A stretch of DNA of 64,000 nt from an uncultured Gammaproteobacteria bacterium (GCA_964402425.1 CAYOCD010000004.1:3318-67317), one strand, 5' to 3'. Shown: positions 10,051 to 20,950, numbered from the stretch's first letter. Numbers and translations: made by a program. The notes: generated from the sequence alone by a model not told the origin.

Positions 10051-10192
10051 AGAAAAAATCGATTACAAATGAAGGTATTACCAACACTCAAAAATAAGCA
10101 AAGGAGTGGTGGATAAGTTTAGACCAGTTTAGCATTTTTCGAAAAAAATCAAAAGAAAAAGCCGTGGATAAAGCCTATTCCCAGTTGACAAT

Positions 10193-11899
10193 TTGGCAAA
10201 AATAGATCTAAATAGCGTTACACCAACGTTTGGTGCTTTGCTCCCTACAATCGAAGGAGACCTCATGGCACAAGCCAATCTTGGACAACAAATCGGCTAT
10301 CAACTGAGGGGTGAGTATCTCAATCGAATGGATTTATACGTTTCGCAAGGAATCATTGCGGGAAACATTGAATCTATTGAAGAAACGGCTCAAATCTGGC
10401 GGATCAGAGATCACGAACAATATGTTACTCTTGTGCAACAAATGGAAAGACTTGGTGAACGTGCAAACGCACAAACCATCAATCTGACGAATGCCACAGA
10501 ACGACAAACGCAAGCTGTACATGATTTAAAGAATCGGCTCAATGACGTTGGAGAGAATATTCTCGATAGCATGAGTCAGATTCAAAAACAATTGGCGTCT
10601 TGTGAAAACACTATTCAAAACGGCTTCAACCTTACAATTGAAGCGATTGAAAATTTTCACAAAGAAATTACGAGCCTCCTAAGAAAGCCGCAGGCTACGC
10701 GCGCTCATGAGCTTGTTGATCTTGCAAAAAAACGATTGGCAAACTCTATCGCCAACCCACGACACGAAAAACAAGATGTTGAACTTGCAGAGCGCTTAAT
10801 CAACGAAGCCCTTGAGACACCTGTTGGACAAACGATTTCTCAAGCATGGTATCTTCGTGGATGGCTTGAATTAAATACCTTTAATGAACCATTAAAGGCG
10901 ATTACTTCATTTGAAAACGCACGACGCGTTGCAGAAAAAAAGGTAGAAAACCTCATTGCATACCTTTACTGCTGCAAAGCAATGAAAGCGGCTGGGGATC
11001 CTACCGGTCGACTCATTCATGAGAGTATGGAATGTCTTTACCTGGCAACATTCTGTCTGCCTCTGCGTGAGGAAGTGAGTATTGAAACACTTTCGATTGT
11101 TTTTGATGCTATCAAGACGAAAAAGATCCCGCCCAAAAATATGGAGGATTTGCGTGAAAGAATCGACTTAGATCTTGGTAAGATCCTGTTTCATTCACCA
11201 CACCTCCTCCCACGACTCTTCGCGAATGCGGATTCGGAATCAAAAAACACTCTTTTGCGTCTATATAATGATTTATGTGACAACGCAAGAAACGAGTGTC
11301 AAAAGATCATTGATGCAGCCGAGTCGATACTTGATTTCATAAAAAAACTCCACCGAAACACATCAAGTGATTTCACCCATGAAATCAATGCAATGAATCG
11401 ACACAAACAAGATGCCTGCCACATACTTCCAGGAAGAGAGTCGGATTGGAAGAGCTTGTTCAGGAACACATTGTCCCAAATCAATACCAAACTCGCAGGA
11501 GTAATCACTCTTCTTCAAAGAGAAAAAACCACTGCCGAAAATCGTATTCAAGCGATTAAAACGCAATACGAAACGGAGTGCGAAAAAAAAATCGACATTT
11601 TCAATGAAACTGCTTACGCTATATTCGGTCAAGGAGGAGTAATCGCGTGTTTTGTGTACGGTATTTGGATAAGAAACTATCATTTTGCGTTTATTTCACC
11701 TATCGTATACATTTTTCTCATTCTTACATTAGTAATTGGTACAAACTCATACCTGGAGAGCCAAGCAAAAACAGATGCGAGAATCAAATACAATAGGTCT
11801 ATGGCAAACGTAAAACATCCAAAGAATCTTGAAAACGAAATAGGAGAAATCGAACAATCACGTTCACGCATTCATTCCTTCCTCGCCAAACACTTCTAA
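10193..11899 (+). CDS. hypothetical 568-aa protein, predicted largely alpha-helical, with a C-terminal double-TM anchor
   Basis: Long ORF with balanced composition and two hydrophobic segments near the C-terminus (GGVIACFVYGIWI... and ISPIVYIFLILTLVIG). Its own terminator follows. No family recognised. Confidence 0.6.
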   Translation: MAKIDLNSVTPTFGALLPTIEGDLMAQANLGQQIGYQLRGEYLNRMDLYVSQGIIAGNIESIEETAQIWRIRDHEQYVTLVQQMERLGERANAQTINLTNATERQTQAVHDLKNRLNDVGENILDSMSQIQKQLASCENTIQNGFNLTIEAIENFHKEITSLLRKPQATRAHELVDLAKKRLANSIANPRHEKQDVELAERLINEALETPVGQTISQAWYLRGWLELNTFNEPLKAITSFENARRVAEKKVENLIAYLYCCKAMKAAGDPTGRLIHESMECLYLATFCLPLREEVSIETLSIVFDAIKTKKIPPKNMEDLRERIDLDLGKILFHSPHLLPRLFANADSESKNTLLRLYNDLCDNARNECQKIIDAAESILDFIKKLHRNTSSDFTHEINAMNRHKQDACHILPGRESDWKSLFRNTLSQINTKLAGVITLLQREKTTAENRIQAIKTQYETECEKKIDIFNETAYAIFGQGGVIACFVYGIWIRNYHFAFISPIVYIFLILTLVIGTNSYLESQAKTDARIKYNRSMANVKHPKNLENEIGEIEQSRSRIHSFLAKHF

Positions 11900-11923
11900 G
11901 CCCCCCCCAAAAAAAACCACTCA

Positions 11924-11955
11924 ACGAACGATTCAATCGTTCGTTTTTTCTTTTT
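11924..11955 (+). terminator. rho-independent terminator (aacgaacgattcaatcgttcgtt followed by a T-run)
   Basis: Perfect 9-bp stem followed by TTTTTTCTTTTT. Confidence 0.8.
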
Positions 11956-11960
11956 CAAAT

Positions 11961-11996
11961 CAAAAACCCGGTCATGTGGATGAACCGGGTTTTTCT
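11961..11996. terminator. bidirectional terminator (aacccggtcatgtggatgaaccgggtt) serving tsf on the minus strand
   Basis: GC-rich stem with an A-run upstream and a T-run downstream. Confidence 0.75.
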
Positions 11997-11998
11997 GA

Positions 11999-12649
11999 TT
12001 AGAAGATGAATCGTGCAAAACGCTTCACCTGCATGTTTTCTCCGAGGGTAGAAATTTTCTCTTTCAAAAAATCTTCTACGGTTTTTGTATCATCTTTGAT
12101 GAACGCTTGTTCCATGAGAACGGTTTCTGAAAACCACTTGTTCATCTTTCCTTCCATAATCTTCTCAATAACGTCCGCTGGTTTGTTTTGTGCGGCAAGT
12201 TCTCCACGTGTGAGCTCTTGTTCCTTTGCAACAATCTCTGCGGGAACATCTGCACGTGTAAGATACATTGGATCCATGGCACTCACGTGAATAGCAATAT
12301 CGTTACACATTTCAATAAACGCATCGGTACGCGCAACGAAATCTGTTTCACAGAGCACTTGAACCATTGCTCCAAGCTTTGCATTTGAGTGGATGTACGC
12401 ATGCACACGACCTTCATGTGTTTCGCGATCAGATTTCTTACCCGCTTTTGCAATCCCCTTTTTACGAAGATCTTCTGCGGCTTTTTCCATATCACCGTTT
12501 GTTTCTTCAAGAGCACGCTTTGCATCCATGAGTCCGGCTCCTGTTTTTTCACGAAGCTCTGCAACTTGACTTGCTGTAATGGACATATCTTTTTTGGCGT
12601 CATCCCGAACGAAGTGAGAGGTCTTCCTCTTTATCGATCGATCAGACAA
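11999..12649 (-). CDS. tsf: elongation factor Ts (short form)
   Basis: SITASQVAELREKTGAGLMDAKRALEE UBA-like N-terminus; the true start may be the internal MSITAS at about 12586. Confidence 0.9.
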   Translation of the reverse strand: MSDRSIKRKTSHFVRDDAKKDMSITASQVAELREKTGAGLMDAKRALEETNGDMEKAAEDLRKKGIAKAGKKSDRETHEGRVHAYIHSNAKLGAMVQVLCETDFVARTDAFIEMCNDIAIHVSAMDPMYLTRADVPAEIVAKEQELTRGELAAQNKPADVIEKIMEGKMNKWFSETVLMEQAFIKDDTKTVEDFLKEKISTLGENMQVKRFARFIF

Positions 12650-12674
12650 TCAATAATTGTTTATTTGATCTTGT

Positions 12675-13436
12675 TTAAGCAGCCGTTTCTGTTACAGCCT
12701 CTTTTACAGATGCTTTGTCAGCCGCAGCCTTATCTGCAACAATCTTTGCTGCACTTGCTTTTCCTTCTTTAATCGCTTCGCATGCAAGCTTACAAACAAG
12801 TTCGATTGATTTTACCGCATCATCATTTCCTGGAATAACAGCATCCACACCTTTTGGATTTACGTTTGTGTCGCAAAGAGCGATCACTTTTGTACGTGTT
12901 ACTTGTGCTTCTTGCACAGCTGTTTTTTCATTACGAACATCGATGACAAAGATTGCGTCTGGAACTTTTGTAATGTGTTGAATTCCACCAATCTTTACTT
13001 CCATTTCTTCAATTTCACGAGAAAGCAACAATTGTTCTTTCTTTGTATATTTTTTCAATTCTCCTTTTTCACGTTGATCCTTCAACATCTTCAAACGCTT
13101 CAAAGTTTCTTTCAATTGTTGAAAGTTTGTGAGTGTTCCACCCAACCAACGTTCTGTAACGAAAGGCATTCCACAGCTTTCTGCATATTTTTGAACGATT
13201 CCTTTTGCTTGAACTTTTGTTCCAACAAACAAAATCACTCCTCCACGAGATGCGATTTCTTTTAATTGTCCAAGGGCGCTCTCTAATTGAACTTGTGTTT
13301 TTTCAAGATCAATAATGTGAATTCCGCTCTTTTCTGCGTAAATAAATGGTCCCATTTTTGGGTGCCAGTGTGAGGCACCGTGGCCGTAATGCATTCCCGC
13401 TTGAAGCATTTCGACCAAATTTGGCAATTTTGGCAT
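12675..13436 (-). CDS. rpsB: 30S ribosomal protein S2
   Basis: MLQAGMHYGH...GTLTNF S2 signature. Confidence 0.95.
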   Translation of the reverse strand: MPKLPNLVEMLQAGMHYGHGASHWHPKMGPFIYAEKSGIHIIDLEKTQVQLESALGQLKEIASRGGVILFVGTKVQAKGIVQKYAESCGMPFVTERWLGGTLTNFQQLKETLKRLKMLKDQREKGELKKYTKKEQLLLSREIEEMEVKIGGIQHITKVPDAIFVIDVRNEKTAVQEAQVTRTKVIALCDTNVNPKGVDAVIPGNDDAVKSIELVCKLACEAIKEGKASAAKIVADKAAADKASVKEAVTETAA

Positions 13437-13561
13437 ATTCCTTTTGTTCGTCGATGGACAATCATGGGCCCGCGAGCCAATCTCGGGGGAGGATCCAGAA
13501 TCGCTTAACCCATCTGATGTTATAAATTATGTCGGGAGTATAGGGAAAATATGGGAAAGCG

Positions 13562-14437
13562 TCAAGAATCCTTGAGATTTTTGCACCACTTCTCTAAAAG
13601 GCCTGAAAAATCGACCTTTGCCTGTTTGAGCATTTTTGGAATAAGTGATGTGTCTGTCAGTCCAGGAATTGTATTGATTTCGAGAAAATAGATCTCGTCT
13701 GCATCGGTCACGATGAAATCCGATCGCGAGATATGCGATGCACCCATCAGGGTATGTGCAGCGATCGCCGCTTCTTGTAGCCTTCTCGAGAGCGCACCTT
13801 CGATCCGCGCTGGGCAAATCTCATTCGCGAGATGATCGGCGTCGTACTTGCTTTCGTAATCGAAAAACTTGTTCTTCGACACAATCTCGATCACAGGCAA
13901 CGCTTCTGGATCACCCGGATTCTGTTCCACAACACCAACCGTAAATTCACGTCCACTCACCGCCTCTTCGATCATCATCTCTTCCGCGACGTTCTCGAGA
14001 AACTTCTCGAGCACTTCCGCACTCTCGATGCGTGCCGTATGCACAGACGATCCGCCAAAACGTGGCTTTACGAAGACGGGAAAGACTGCGCTGCTTCTTG
14101 AAAAACGTTTCGCGGTCTTGATTCCCGCGCGCTCCACAAATTCTTTTGTGAGCACTTTATCGATACCGATCTTGTGAGCCTCAATCGGCGAAAACAAAAA
14201 CGGAAGACCGAGCGATTCGCAAAGTTGTTGTACCTCACCATCTTCCCCACCCCTACCATGGATCACAGGAATGACCAGATCGAACATTGACGCACTCTTA
14301 AGAAACTTCGAACGATCTTCCGGAAACACAAACATCTCATGTTCCGCGAATAAAATCGCGCTCGCAACATTTTTTGCGGACGCAATCGAAACTTCACGTT
14401 CGCCTGTTTCTCCACCGGTGATGATGGCGATGCGCAT
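13562..14437 (-). CDS. ddl: D-alanine--D-alanine ligase
   Basis: ATP-grasp Ddl homology (VFVKPRFGGSSVHT..., EINTIPGLT). Confidence 0.85.
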   Translation of the reverse strand: MRIAIITGGETGEREVSIASAKNVASAILFAEHEMFVFPEDRSKFLKSASMFDLVIPVIHGRGGEDGEVQQLCESLGLPFLFSPIEAHKIGIDKVLTKEFVERAGIKTAKRFSRSSAVFPVFVKPRFGGSSVHTARIESAEVLEKFLENVAEEMMIEEAVSGREFTVGVVEQNPGDPEALPVIEIVSKNKFFDYESKYDADHLANEICPARIEGALSRRLQEAAIAAHTLMGASHISRSDFIVTDADEIYFLEINTIPGLTDTSLIPKMLKQAKVDFSGLLEKWCKNLKDS

Positions 14438-14441
14438 ACAT

Positions 14442-15212
14442 TTACGATTTCAATCCGTATCCTTTTTTGACCAAATGGAGATCAATCATGATCGCTCCGA
14501 CGGCAACAAACGTTAAAATGATCGCACTTGTTAAAACGGATGTACTCGACACACCCGAGAATCCATAACGGAATCCGTCAATCATGTACACGATAGGATT
14601 TGCGTAACTCACCATTCTCCAAAACGGCGGAAGAAGGGTGATGCTGTAAAACACTCCGCCGAGATATGTAAGAGGTGTGAGAACGAATGTTGGAATAAGC
14701 CCGACATCATCAAACTTTTTTGCAAACATTCCATTAAAAAATCCGAGTGCGGAAAAAATCACACACGTAATCAACAGAAAATAAAAAAACAAAAATGGAT
14801 GATCAATGTGTACAGGTGTAAAAAATGCAGAGACGAGAAACACAGCAAACCCAACAACCATTCCGCGCACAACTCCCCCGCTCAAATATCCAGTGAGAAT
14901 CGCCCATGGTTTCATGGGCGAGACAAGAATTTCTTCAATCGATCTTTGAAACTTTGCCCCAAAGAACGAACTCGCAACATTTGAAAACGCATTTGTAATA
15001 GCAGACATCATCACAAGTCCAGGAACAAGAAAAACGATGTAACTTGTTCCACCAACATTTCCAATTTGAGAACCAATCAACCCACCAAAAATAATAAAAT
15101 AAAGCGACTGTGTCATCACGGACGGCAAAATGGTTTGTGTCCAAATACGAAAAATGCGATGTGTTTCTTTTCGGATAATCGTTTGAATTCCAATAATGTC
15201 TGCACGTGTCAT
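14442..15212 (-). CDS. ABC-2 type transporter permease
   Basis: Six-TM ABC-2 permease profile; overlaps the upstream ATPase gene by 4 nt. Confidence 0.75.
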   Translation of the reverse strand: MTRADIIGIQTIIRKETHRIFRIWTQTILPSVMTQSLYFIIFGGLIGSQIGNVGGTSYIVFLVPGLVMMSAITNAFSNVASSFFGAKFQRSIEEILVSPMKPWAILTGYLSGGVVRGMVVGFAVFLVSAFFTPVHIDHPFLFFYFLLITCVIFSALGFFNGMFAKKFDDVGLIPTFVLTPLTYLGGVFYSITLLPPFWRMVSYANPIVYMIDGFRYGFSGVSSTSVLTSAIILTFVAVGAIMIDLHLVKKGYGLKS

Positions 15213-15940
15213 ACGCGTTTATTTACATGCAAATAAAAATCCTCGAGTGTATGCGCTCCTGTTTTAATCATTAACTCTTTGATATCCCCTTGCTCCGCAA
15301 CAATTCCCTCCTTGATCAAAACAACATTTTTGCACAAACGTTCTGCTTCTTCAAGGTAATGTGTGGTGAGAACAACCGTTGTCCCTGCAGCGTTTAATTT
15401 TTGTACAAACTCCCACATCTCGCGACGCAGCTCAACATCCACGCCCGCTGATGGCTCATCAAGAAGCAATAATTTTGGTTGGTGTACAAGGGCGCGCGCA
15501 ATGAGTAAGCGACGCTTCATTCCTCCTGAAAGCGTTCGTGAAATGGCGTTGCGCTTTTCAAAAAGTCCAAGATCTTTCAAAATTTGTTCTGCACGATGAA
15601 CAGCTTCACTCCGAGGGATCCCGTAATACCCCGCCGCATCAACAACAATATCAAGGACTTTTTCAAAAATACTAAAATTGAACTCTTGTGGAACAACCCC
15701 GATCATACTTCTGACTTTTTCCGGTTCTTTATCAAGATCAATTCCAAACACCGTTACGCTTCCGCTCGTTTTCTTTACAAGTCCTGTCAGAATTCCAATA
15801 AGCGTTGTCTTTCCCGCACCGTTTGCGCCAAGCAAGGCAAACAGTTCCCCCTCCGCCACATCAAACGAAACGCCTTTCAGCGCTTTTGTTCCGGTTGCGT
15901 AGGTTTTTTCAATAGAGTTAATAGATAATGCGAAAGCCAT
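15209..15940 (-). CDS. ABC transporter ATP-binding protein
   Basis: Walker A GANGAGKTT, ABC signature LSGGMKRRL, Walker B LLLDEPSAGVD. Confidence 0.9.
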   Translation of the reverse strand: MAFALSINSIEKTYATGTKALKGVSFDVAEGELFALLGANGAGKTTLIGILTGLVKKTSGSVTVFGIDLDKEPEKVRSMIGVVPQEFNFSIFEKVLDIVVDAAGYYGIPRSEAVHRAEQILKDLGLFEKRNAISRTLSGGMKRRLLIARALVHQPKLLLLDEPSAGVDVELRREMWEFVQKLNAAGTTVVLTTHYLEEAERLCKNVVLIKEGIVAEQGDIKELMIKTGAHTLEDFYLHVNKRV

Positions 15941-15985
15941 AGTAACAATACATGTAATAAAGACCGAACAAAGAACGAAAATTTA

Positions 15986-16612
15986 ATGGATCAGATAACT
16001 AGTGTACGGGAAGATGCGCACACGAGCAATTCACTCTCTTCCATATTTGACACCATTATTATTTCAGATAAGGATACAAATACACTCGTTCTTTCGATGA
16101 GAGGAATCATGTTTGATACTATCGAAGCTTTTATAAACGCGGCAAAACCCAACATTGAGCAATTCGATCGCTGGGTCCACAAACATCATTTTGTAGCTCT
16201 CGCCGATCACATCGGGTACAAATGTGTCTCATCACAAGAGTTTGAGCATATTCGTCACCTCTTTGAGAGGCCTGATGTATTTATATACCAATCGTTCATT
16301 TCCGGTCGTCGTGTTGCCATTATCAAGCTTCCGTCTGCTATTCAAACGTACTTTAACGATATTTCGTATCTTGAACTTTCAGACCAAAAACCTGATGGGA
16401 GCCAAGAAAGCGGATTCGATCACATCGAAATCTACCCCGCCTTCTCCACTGTGGGAGATACGATCAAACTTATCGAACAAAGCGGAATACGTTTTACTCC
16501 AAGTGGTCACGCGCACCACAACACCTTTGACATCTTGCTCGAAAACGGATTCAAGGTGCGCCTTGAACCAGAACCTCTCATCAAGAAAATCATTCGTGAT
16601 GAAATGAAATAA
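15986..16612 (+). CDS. hypothetical protein (histidine-rich putative metal-binding sites, possibly VOC/YecM-like)
   Basis: HIGY..., FEHIRH, FDHIEIYP and SGHAHH motifs; the family assignment is a guess. Confidence 0.5.
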   Translation: MDQITSVREDAHTSNSLSSIFDTIIISDKDTNTLVLSMRGIMFDTIEAFINAAKPNIEQFDRWVHKHHFVALADHIGYKCVSSQEFEHIRHLFERPDVFIYQSFISGRRVAIIKLPSAIQTYFNDISYLELSDQKPDGSQESGFDHIEIYPAFSTVGDTIKLIEQSGIRFTPSGHAHHNTFDILLENGFKVRLEPEPLIKKIIRDEMK

Positions 16613-16686
16613 CTTCTTACAGAACAACTAGTTCTGTTTTTTAATAAAAACGCTATACTGTAGAAGTAATCCTTATTATCAAACCT

Positions 16687-17259
16687 ATGAACGAACGCGG
16701 ATTTCGTCCCGAGCAAGGACGTGCAGAAACAAAAATTTCAAGTCCAGCAGAAGTAAAAGCATTTCTTACACAAAAAATGACCCAAGGAGAAACAATTACC
16801 GTTGGAAGAAGCGATGGATCAAAGAGTGAAGGAATCATTTATAACATCGATCGAGAGACAGGCGATATCATGGCTTCTTTCGAAGAAAACGGGAGAGTAA
16901 AATATAAAAAAGTAGACCTTGTCACTTTTCTCAAATGGCAAGGAATATCGATTGAAATACCTAAGGTCAAAGAAGAACTTCCTGAACCTCCAGATGCAAA
17001 GAATAAAATTCTTTCTGCTGGTGGACTCTTGGCACTTGGAGCTCTTTCCACATACGCAACAGCAAAACTTGAAGGATTCTTCTATCCAAATCTACTAGAA
17101 ACATACAATGACACAAATACGTTTTTAGAAGATATGGCCGTTTTTGTTGCGCACCATTTTGAAAAAAATCCAACCACAACCATGCTTGTAGGATCGTGTA
17201 TTGCAGCAATCCATATCGCTCTGGAAAAAAGAAAAGCTGCTCAGCGAAAATCCTCCTAA
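16687..17259 (+). CDS. hypothetical protein with a C-terminal hydrophobic region
   Basis: ORF with reasonable composition; no family recognised. Confidence 0.5.
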   Translation: MNERGFRPEQGRAETKISSPAEVKAFLTQKMTQGETITVGRSDGSKSEGIIYNIDRETGDIMASFEENGRVKYKKVDLVTFLKWQGISIEIPKVKEELPEPPDAKNKILSAGGLLALGALSTYATAKLEGFFYPNLLETYNDTNTFLEDMAVFVAHHFEKNPTTTMLVGSCIAAIHIALEKRKAAQRKSS

Positions 17260-17276
17260 CTCTCAAATCATCTCTT

Positions 17277-17585
17277 ATGCAAAACGCTATTGAACTGGCA
17301 GCAGAACACATTCTCTCTGTTGCAACAGAAAGAACCCCTATTTCAGAGCACGATTACCCTCTTTTGAAACAAAAATTCATAGATCAACTCATGGAAACAA
17401 TTGGAGCAGCCGCCCTTGCACACATTCCAGCAGACAAACATCCTGAACTTCTCCAAAAATTAAGCACGGGGACAGAAGCGGATTTGACCACACTTTTTGG
17501 GAACTATATTCCAGAAATCGAAACCTTCATGCAAGAAGAAATACAAAAATACACAGAGGAGATTATAAAAAATCTCGCGGAATAA
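17277..17585 (+). CDS. hypothetical small protein (102 aa)
   Basis: The ATG at 17277 lies 18 nt after the upstream stop and a strong terminator follows; acidic helical protein. Confidence 0.45.
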   Translation: MQNAIELAAEHILSVATERTPISEHDYPLLKQKFIDQLMETIGAAALAHIPADKHPELLQKLSTGTEADLTTLFGNYIPEIETFMQEEIQKYTEEIIKNLAE

Positions 17586-17620
17586 AAAACAGGGGTACAT
17601 AGTGACCCCTGTTTTTTTAT
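17585..17620. terminator. bidirectional rho-independent terminator (caggggtacatagtgacccctg)
   Basis: 9-bp GC stem flanked by an A-run and a T-run; the queA stop codon sits in the T-run. Confidence 0.85.
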
Positions 17621-18708
17621 TCGCCTTTTTCACCCTCTTCGCCCCCTCCGCCTTTTCCGCCTTTTCGAATAAACATCGCATCTCCAAAAGAAAAAAATCG
17701 ATACTTCTCGCGCACCGCTTCTTCGTATGCGTGCAAAATATGTTCTCGACCAGCAAGTGCACTAACCAATACAAGCAACGTTGATTTTGGTAAATGAAAA
17801 TTTGTGATGAGGGCATCAATTACACGAAACTCAAATCCGGGTTTGATAAACATATTAACGTCGCCAGAAAATTCCTCTGGAAGTTTTCCACCTGATAACA
17901 TGGCAGCTCCCTCAAGACTTCTGACCGTTGTTGTTCCAACCGCAACGACACGTCTTCCCTCTTTTTTTGCTCGATTGATTTGTGTAGCTGTCTCTTTTGT
18001 GATCGTTACAAATTCAGCATGCATCTGATGTTCTTCGATCGTCTCTGTTTGCACAGGTCGAAACGTTCCAATTCCAACATGGAGCGTGACGAATGCGAGT
18101 TCGACACCTTTTGCTTTTATATTTTCCAAAAGCTTATTTGTAAAATGGAATCCTGCCGTTGGTGCCGCAACAGACCCAACTTCACGTGCATAAACGGTTT
18201 GATATTGCTCAATCGATGCTGGTTTCTCGTCTACATACGGCGGAGTTGGAATTTCGCCATGCATGTCTGTGAACAAAAGAACGGCGGATTCATCAACAGG
18301 AACCTCAAGAAGTGCAATACCATCTTCCTGTTTTTCACGAACAACCACTTCAAGGCCATCAATCACAATAACATCCCCAATCAAAATTTTTTTACCAGGA
18401 CGAAGAAGAGCCTTCCAAAAACTTCTCAACATCTTCTCTTCTTTTACACATCGCAACAAAAAAACCTCTACATCAATCACCCCCTCCTTCTTTCCTTCTA
18501 ATCGCGCCCGAAATACTTTCGTATCATTAAAAACCAAAACATCACCCGAATCCAATTCATCAAGAATATCGTAAAAATGTTTGTGCTGTATCTCACCTGT
18601 TTCACGATCAAGTAGCATCAACCTTGAAGAATCACGCGGTTCAACTGAGTGCTGGGCGATCAGTTCTTTTGGGAGATCGTACGTGAATTGGGAGATGGGT
18701 GTAGACAT
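17617..18708 (-). CDS. queA: S-adenosylmethionine:tRNA ribosyltransferase-isomerase
   Basis: Full-length QueA homology; unusual Gly/Glu-rich C-terminal tail KGGKGGGGEEGEKGE. Confidence 0.9.
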   Translation of the reverse strand: MSTPISQFTYDLPKELIAQHSVEPRDSSRLMLLDRETGEIQHKHFYDILDELDSGDVLVFNDTKVFRARLEGKKEGVIDVEVFLLRCVKEEKMLRSFWKALLRPGKKILIGDVIVIDGLEVVVREKQEDGIALLEVPVDESAVLLFTDMHGEIPTPPYVDEKPASIEQYQTVYAREVGSVAAPTAGFHFTNKLLENIKAKGVELAFVTLHVGIGTFRPVQTETIEEHQMHAEFVTITKETATQINRAKKEGRRVVAVGTTTVRSLEGAAMLSGGKLPEEFSGDVNMFIKPGFEFRVIDALITNFHLPKSTLLVLVSALAGREHILHAYEEAVREKYRFFSFGDAMFIRKGGKGGGGEEGEKGE

Positions 18709-18731
18709 AACCCAAGAAACATAGCGTATTC

Positions 18732-18760
18732 TTGACCTATTTTCAAGTCTTTGCTACACT
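18732..18760 (+). promoter_or_regulatory. sigma70-like promoter for rpmE (TTGACC -35, 17-nt spacer, TACACT -10)
   Basis: Read directly from the sequence; spacing is canonical. Confidence 0.5.
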
Positions 18761-18802
18761 CCCGCCATCTAATTACGGGCATATACAAAGTGTCCTATCC
18801 AT

Positions 18803-19090
18803 ATGAAAAAAGAAATTCACCCAGATTATTTCCCAAACGCGACCATCACTTGTTCTTGTGGGGCTATTTATAAAATTGGCTCTACAAAAGAAGAGATCAA
18901 CGTCGAATCTTGCGCAGCGTGTCACCCATTCTATACAGGTAAGCAAAAGATGATGGACACAGCTCGTCGTGTAGAAAAGTATACAGAACGCGCTTCACAA
19001 AAAGCAGAAAAAGTAACTACCGGAAAGAAAGTGAAAGCACAAAAGCGCGCAGCTCAAAAGAAAACAAAAGAAGAAAAAACAAAGATTTAG
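18803..19090 (+). CDS. rpmE: 50S ribosomal protein L31 with a Lys-rich C-terminal extension
   Basis: MKKEIHPDY...CSCG...CHPFYTG zinc-ribbon L31 signature. Confidence 0.9.
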   Translation: MKKEIHPDYFPNATITCSCGAIYKIGSTKEEINVESCAACHPFYTGKQKMMDTARRVEKYTERASQKAEKVTTGKKVKAQKRAAQKKTKEEKTKI

Positions 19091-19145
19091 CTTTGCATGA
19101 TAAGCGGGGTCCTCTGACCTCGCTTTTGTGTTACAATCCCCCCAT

Positions 19146-20249
19146 ATGGAACTCTTGACCCAATTCAAACTTAAACGTGATGAATTTCACAAACTCGAAA
19201 CAAAACTCGGTGACCCCGAGGTGCTTTCAAGTCCAAAACTCATGAAAGAGGTTGGAAGTGCGTATGCGCGCATGAAAGAGTTGATGGGTATTGGAACAGA
19301 ATATGAAAACGCGCTTAAAAACCTTGAAAGCGCAAAACACGCTCTTGCAGAATCAGACGATGCAGACATGAAAGCATTTATGCAAGAAGAAGTAGAACTT
19401 CTTGAAACATCCGTTCCTGTCCTTGAGAAAAAACTTCTCGTTGCCCTTTTGCCACAAGATCCAATGGATGCAAAAGATGTCATCGTGGAAATCCGTGCAG
19501 GTGCTGGAGGAGATGAGTCGGCGATTTTCGCAGGCGAGCTTATGCGCATGTACAGCATGTACGCAGAACAAGAGCGATGGAAAATTGAACACATTTCTGC
19601 AAGCAGAAATGAAATCGGCGGGTTTAAAGAAGTTGTTTTTGGAATAAAAGGAGAAAATGTTTACAGCAAACTCAAATTTGAAAGTGGCGTTCATCGTGTT
19701 CAACGTGTACCAGAAACAGAAAAACAAGGACGCGTTCACACATCCACCGCAACGGTCGCCATTCTTCCTGAACTTGAAGAAGTTGATTTTGAAATCGACA
19801 TGAAGGATTTGCGTATTGAAGCAACAACCTCAACAGGAGCGGGTGGACAGAGCGTGAACACAACGTATTCTGCCATTCGCATCATGCATATTCCAACCGG
19901 ACTCATTGTTTACTGTCAGGATGAACGCTCACAAAAACAAAACAAAGAGCGCGCAATGAGCATCATGCGCGCACGACTTTACGAACAAGAACAAGAGCGC
20001 CAACGCAAAGAACGTGAAGATAATCGCCGCGGACAAATCGGAACAGGAGATCGCTCTGAAAAAATTCGTACTTACAACTTTCCACAAGATCGCGTCACTG
20101 ATCACCGCATTCACAAAAACTACCACAATATTCCAGGCATCATGAACGGAGGTCTTGCACCACTCATCGAGGATCTCAAGCAAGCAGAAATCCGTTCACT
20201 GCTCGGTGAAGCTCCTGTTGAAACAGAAGATGAGGATAATGAAGATTAG
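19146..20249 (+). CDS. prfA: peptide chain release factor 1
   Basis: GGQ motif (AGGQSVNTT) and a PxT-type tripeptide region (RVPET). The track ORF starts at a GTG at 19128; I chose the ATG at 19146. Confidence 0.9.
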   Translation: MELLTQFKLKRDEFHKLETKLGDPEVLSSPKLMKEVGSAYARMKELMGIGTEYENALKNLESAKHALAESDDADMKAFMQEEVELLETSVPVLEKKLLVALLPQDPMDAKDVIVEIRAGAGGDESAIFAGELMRMYSMYAEQERWKIEHISASRNEIGGFKEVVFGIKGENVYSKLKFESGVHRVQRVPETEKQGRVHTSTATVAILPELEEVDFEIDMKDLRIEATTSTGAGGQSVNTTYSAIRIMHIPTGLIVYCQDERSQKQNKERAMSIMRARLYEQEQERQRKEREDNRRGQIGTGDRSEKIRTYNFPQDRVTDHRIHKNYHNIPGIMNGGLAPLIEDLKQAEIRSLLGEAPVETEDEDNED

Positions 20250-20250
20250 T

Positions 20251-20931
20251 ATGCAAGCTGTCATTCTTTGTGCTGGACTTGGCACACGTCTTCGACCACT
20301 CACCCTCACAACTCCAAAAGCTTTGATTCCGATCGGAAACAAAACACTCATCGAACACACGCTTGATGCACTTCCTGATACCATCAATGAAATTTTTCTT
20401 GTTGTGAATTATTTAGGCGATCAAATCAAAGCAAACATTGGCGATACGTATCAAGGAATTCCAATTCGATACGTCACACAAAACCTTCTCAATGGAACAG
20501 GTGGAGCAATAATGTTGCTTCAAAAGCAGTTGCATGATCGATTTTTAGTTGTAAACGGTGATGATTTATATTCTCGAGCAGCCCTCAACGAAATGCTGAC
20601 ACACCCAACCTGCATCATGCTCTGTCCAACAGATACACATCTTCTGAATGGAGGTAACCTCGATGTAAATGGAAAATTTATCGGCCTAATAGAGTCGGCG
20701 GACACAGAAAGCTATCGTATATGTGGTGCATATGTTCTCGATGAGACCTATTTCAAAATTAAACCCGTAAAAATCCAAGGAAGTGAACATGAAGAGTATG
20801 GGTTACCACAGACCATTGCTGTTCAAGCAACAAAATTTCCAATCAATGTTGTTCTCACACATGAATGGTATCCGGTCGGAACTCCGGAAGAGTTAAAATT
20901 CGTACAAGAAAAATTACATTTCAATCAGTAA
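20251..20931 (+). CDS. sugar-phosphate nucleotidyltransferase (NTP_transferase / GlmU-N / RmlA-like)
   Basis: ILCAGLGTRLRPLT glycine-rich loop; the ATG lies 1 nt after the prfA stop. Confidence 0.8.
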   Translation: MQAVILCAGLGTRLRPLTLTTPKALIPIGNKTLIEHTLDALPDTINEIFLVVNYLGDQIKANIGDTYQGIPIRYVTQNLLNGTGGAIMLLQKQLHDRFLVVNGDDLYSRAALNEMLTHPTCIMLCPTDTHLLNGGNLDVNGKFIGLIESADTESYRICGAYVLDETYFKIKPVKIQGSEHEEYGLPQTIAVQATKFPINVVLTHEWYPVGTPEELKFVQEKLHFNQ

Positions 20932-20950
20932 CGGCAAAATAAAGTTATCC

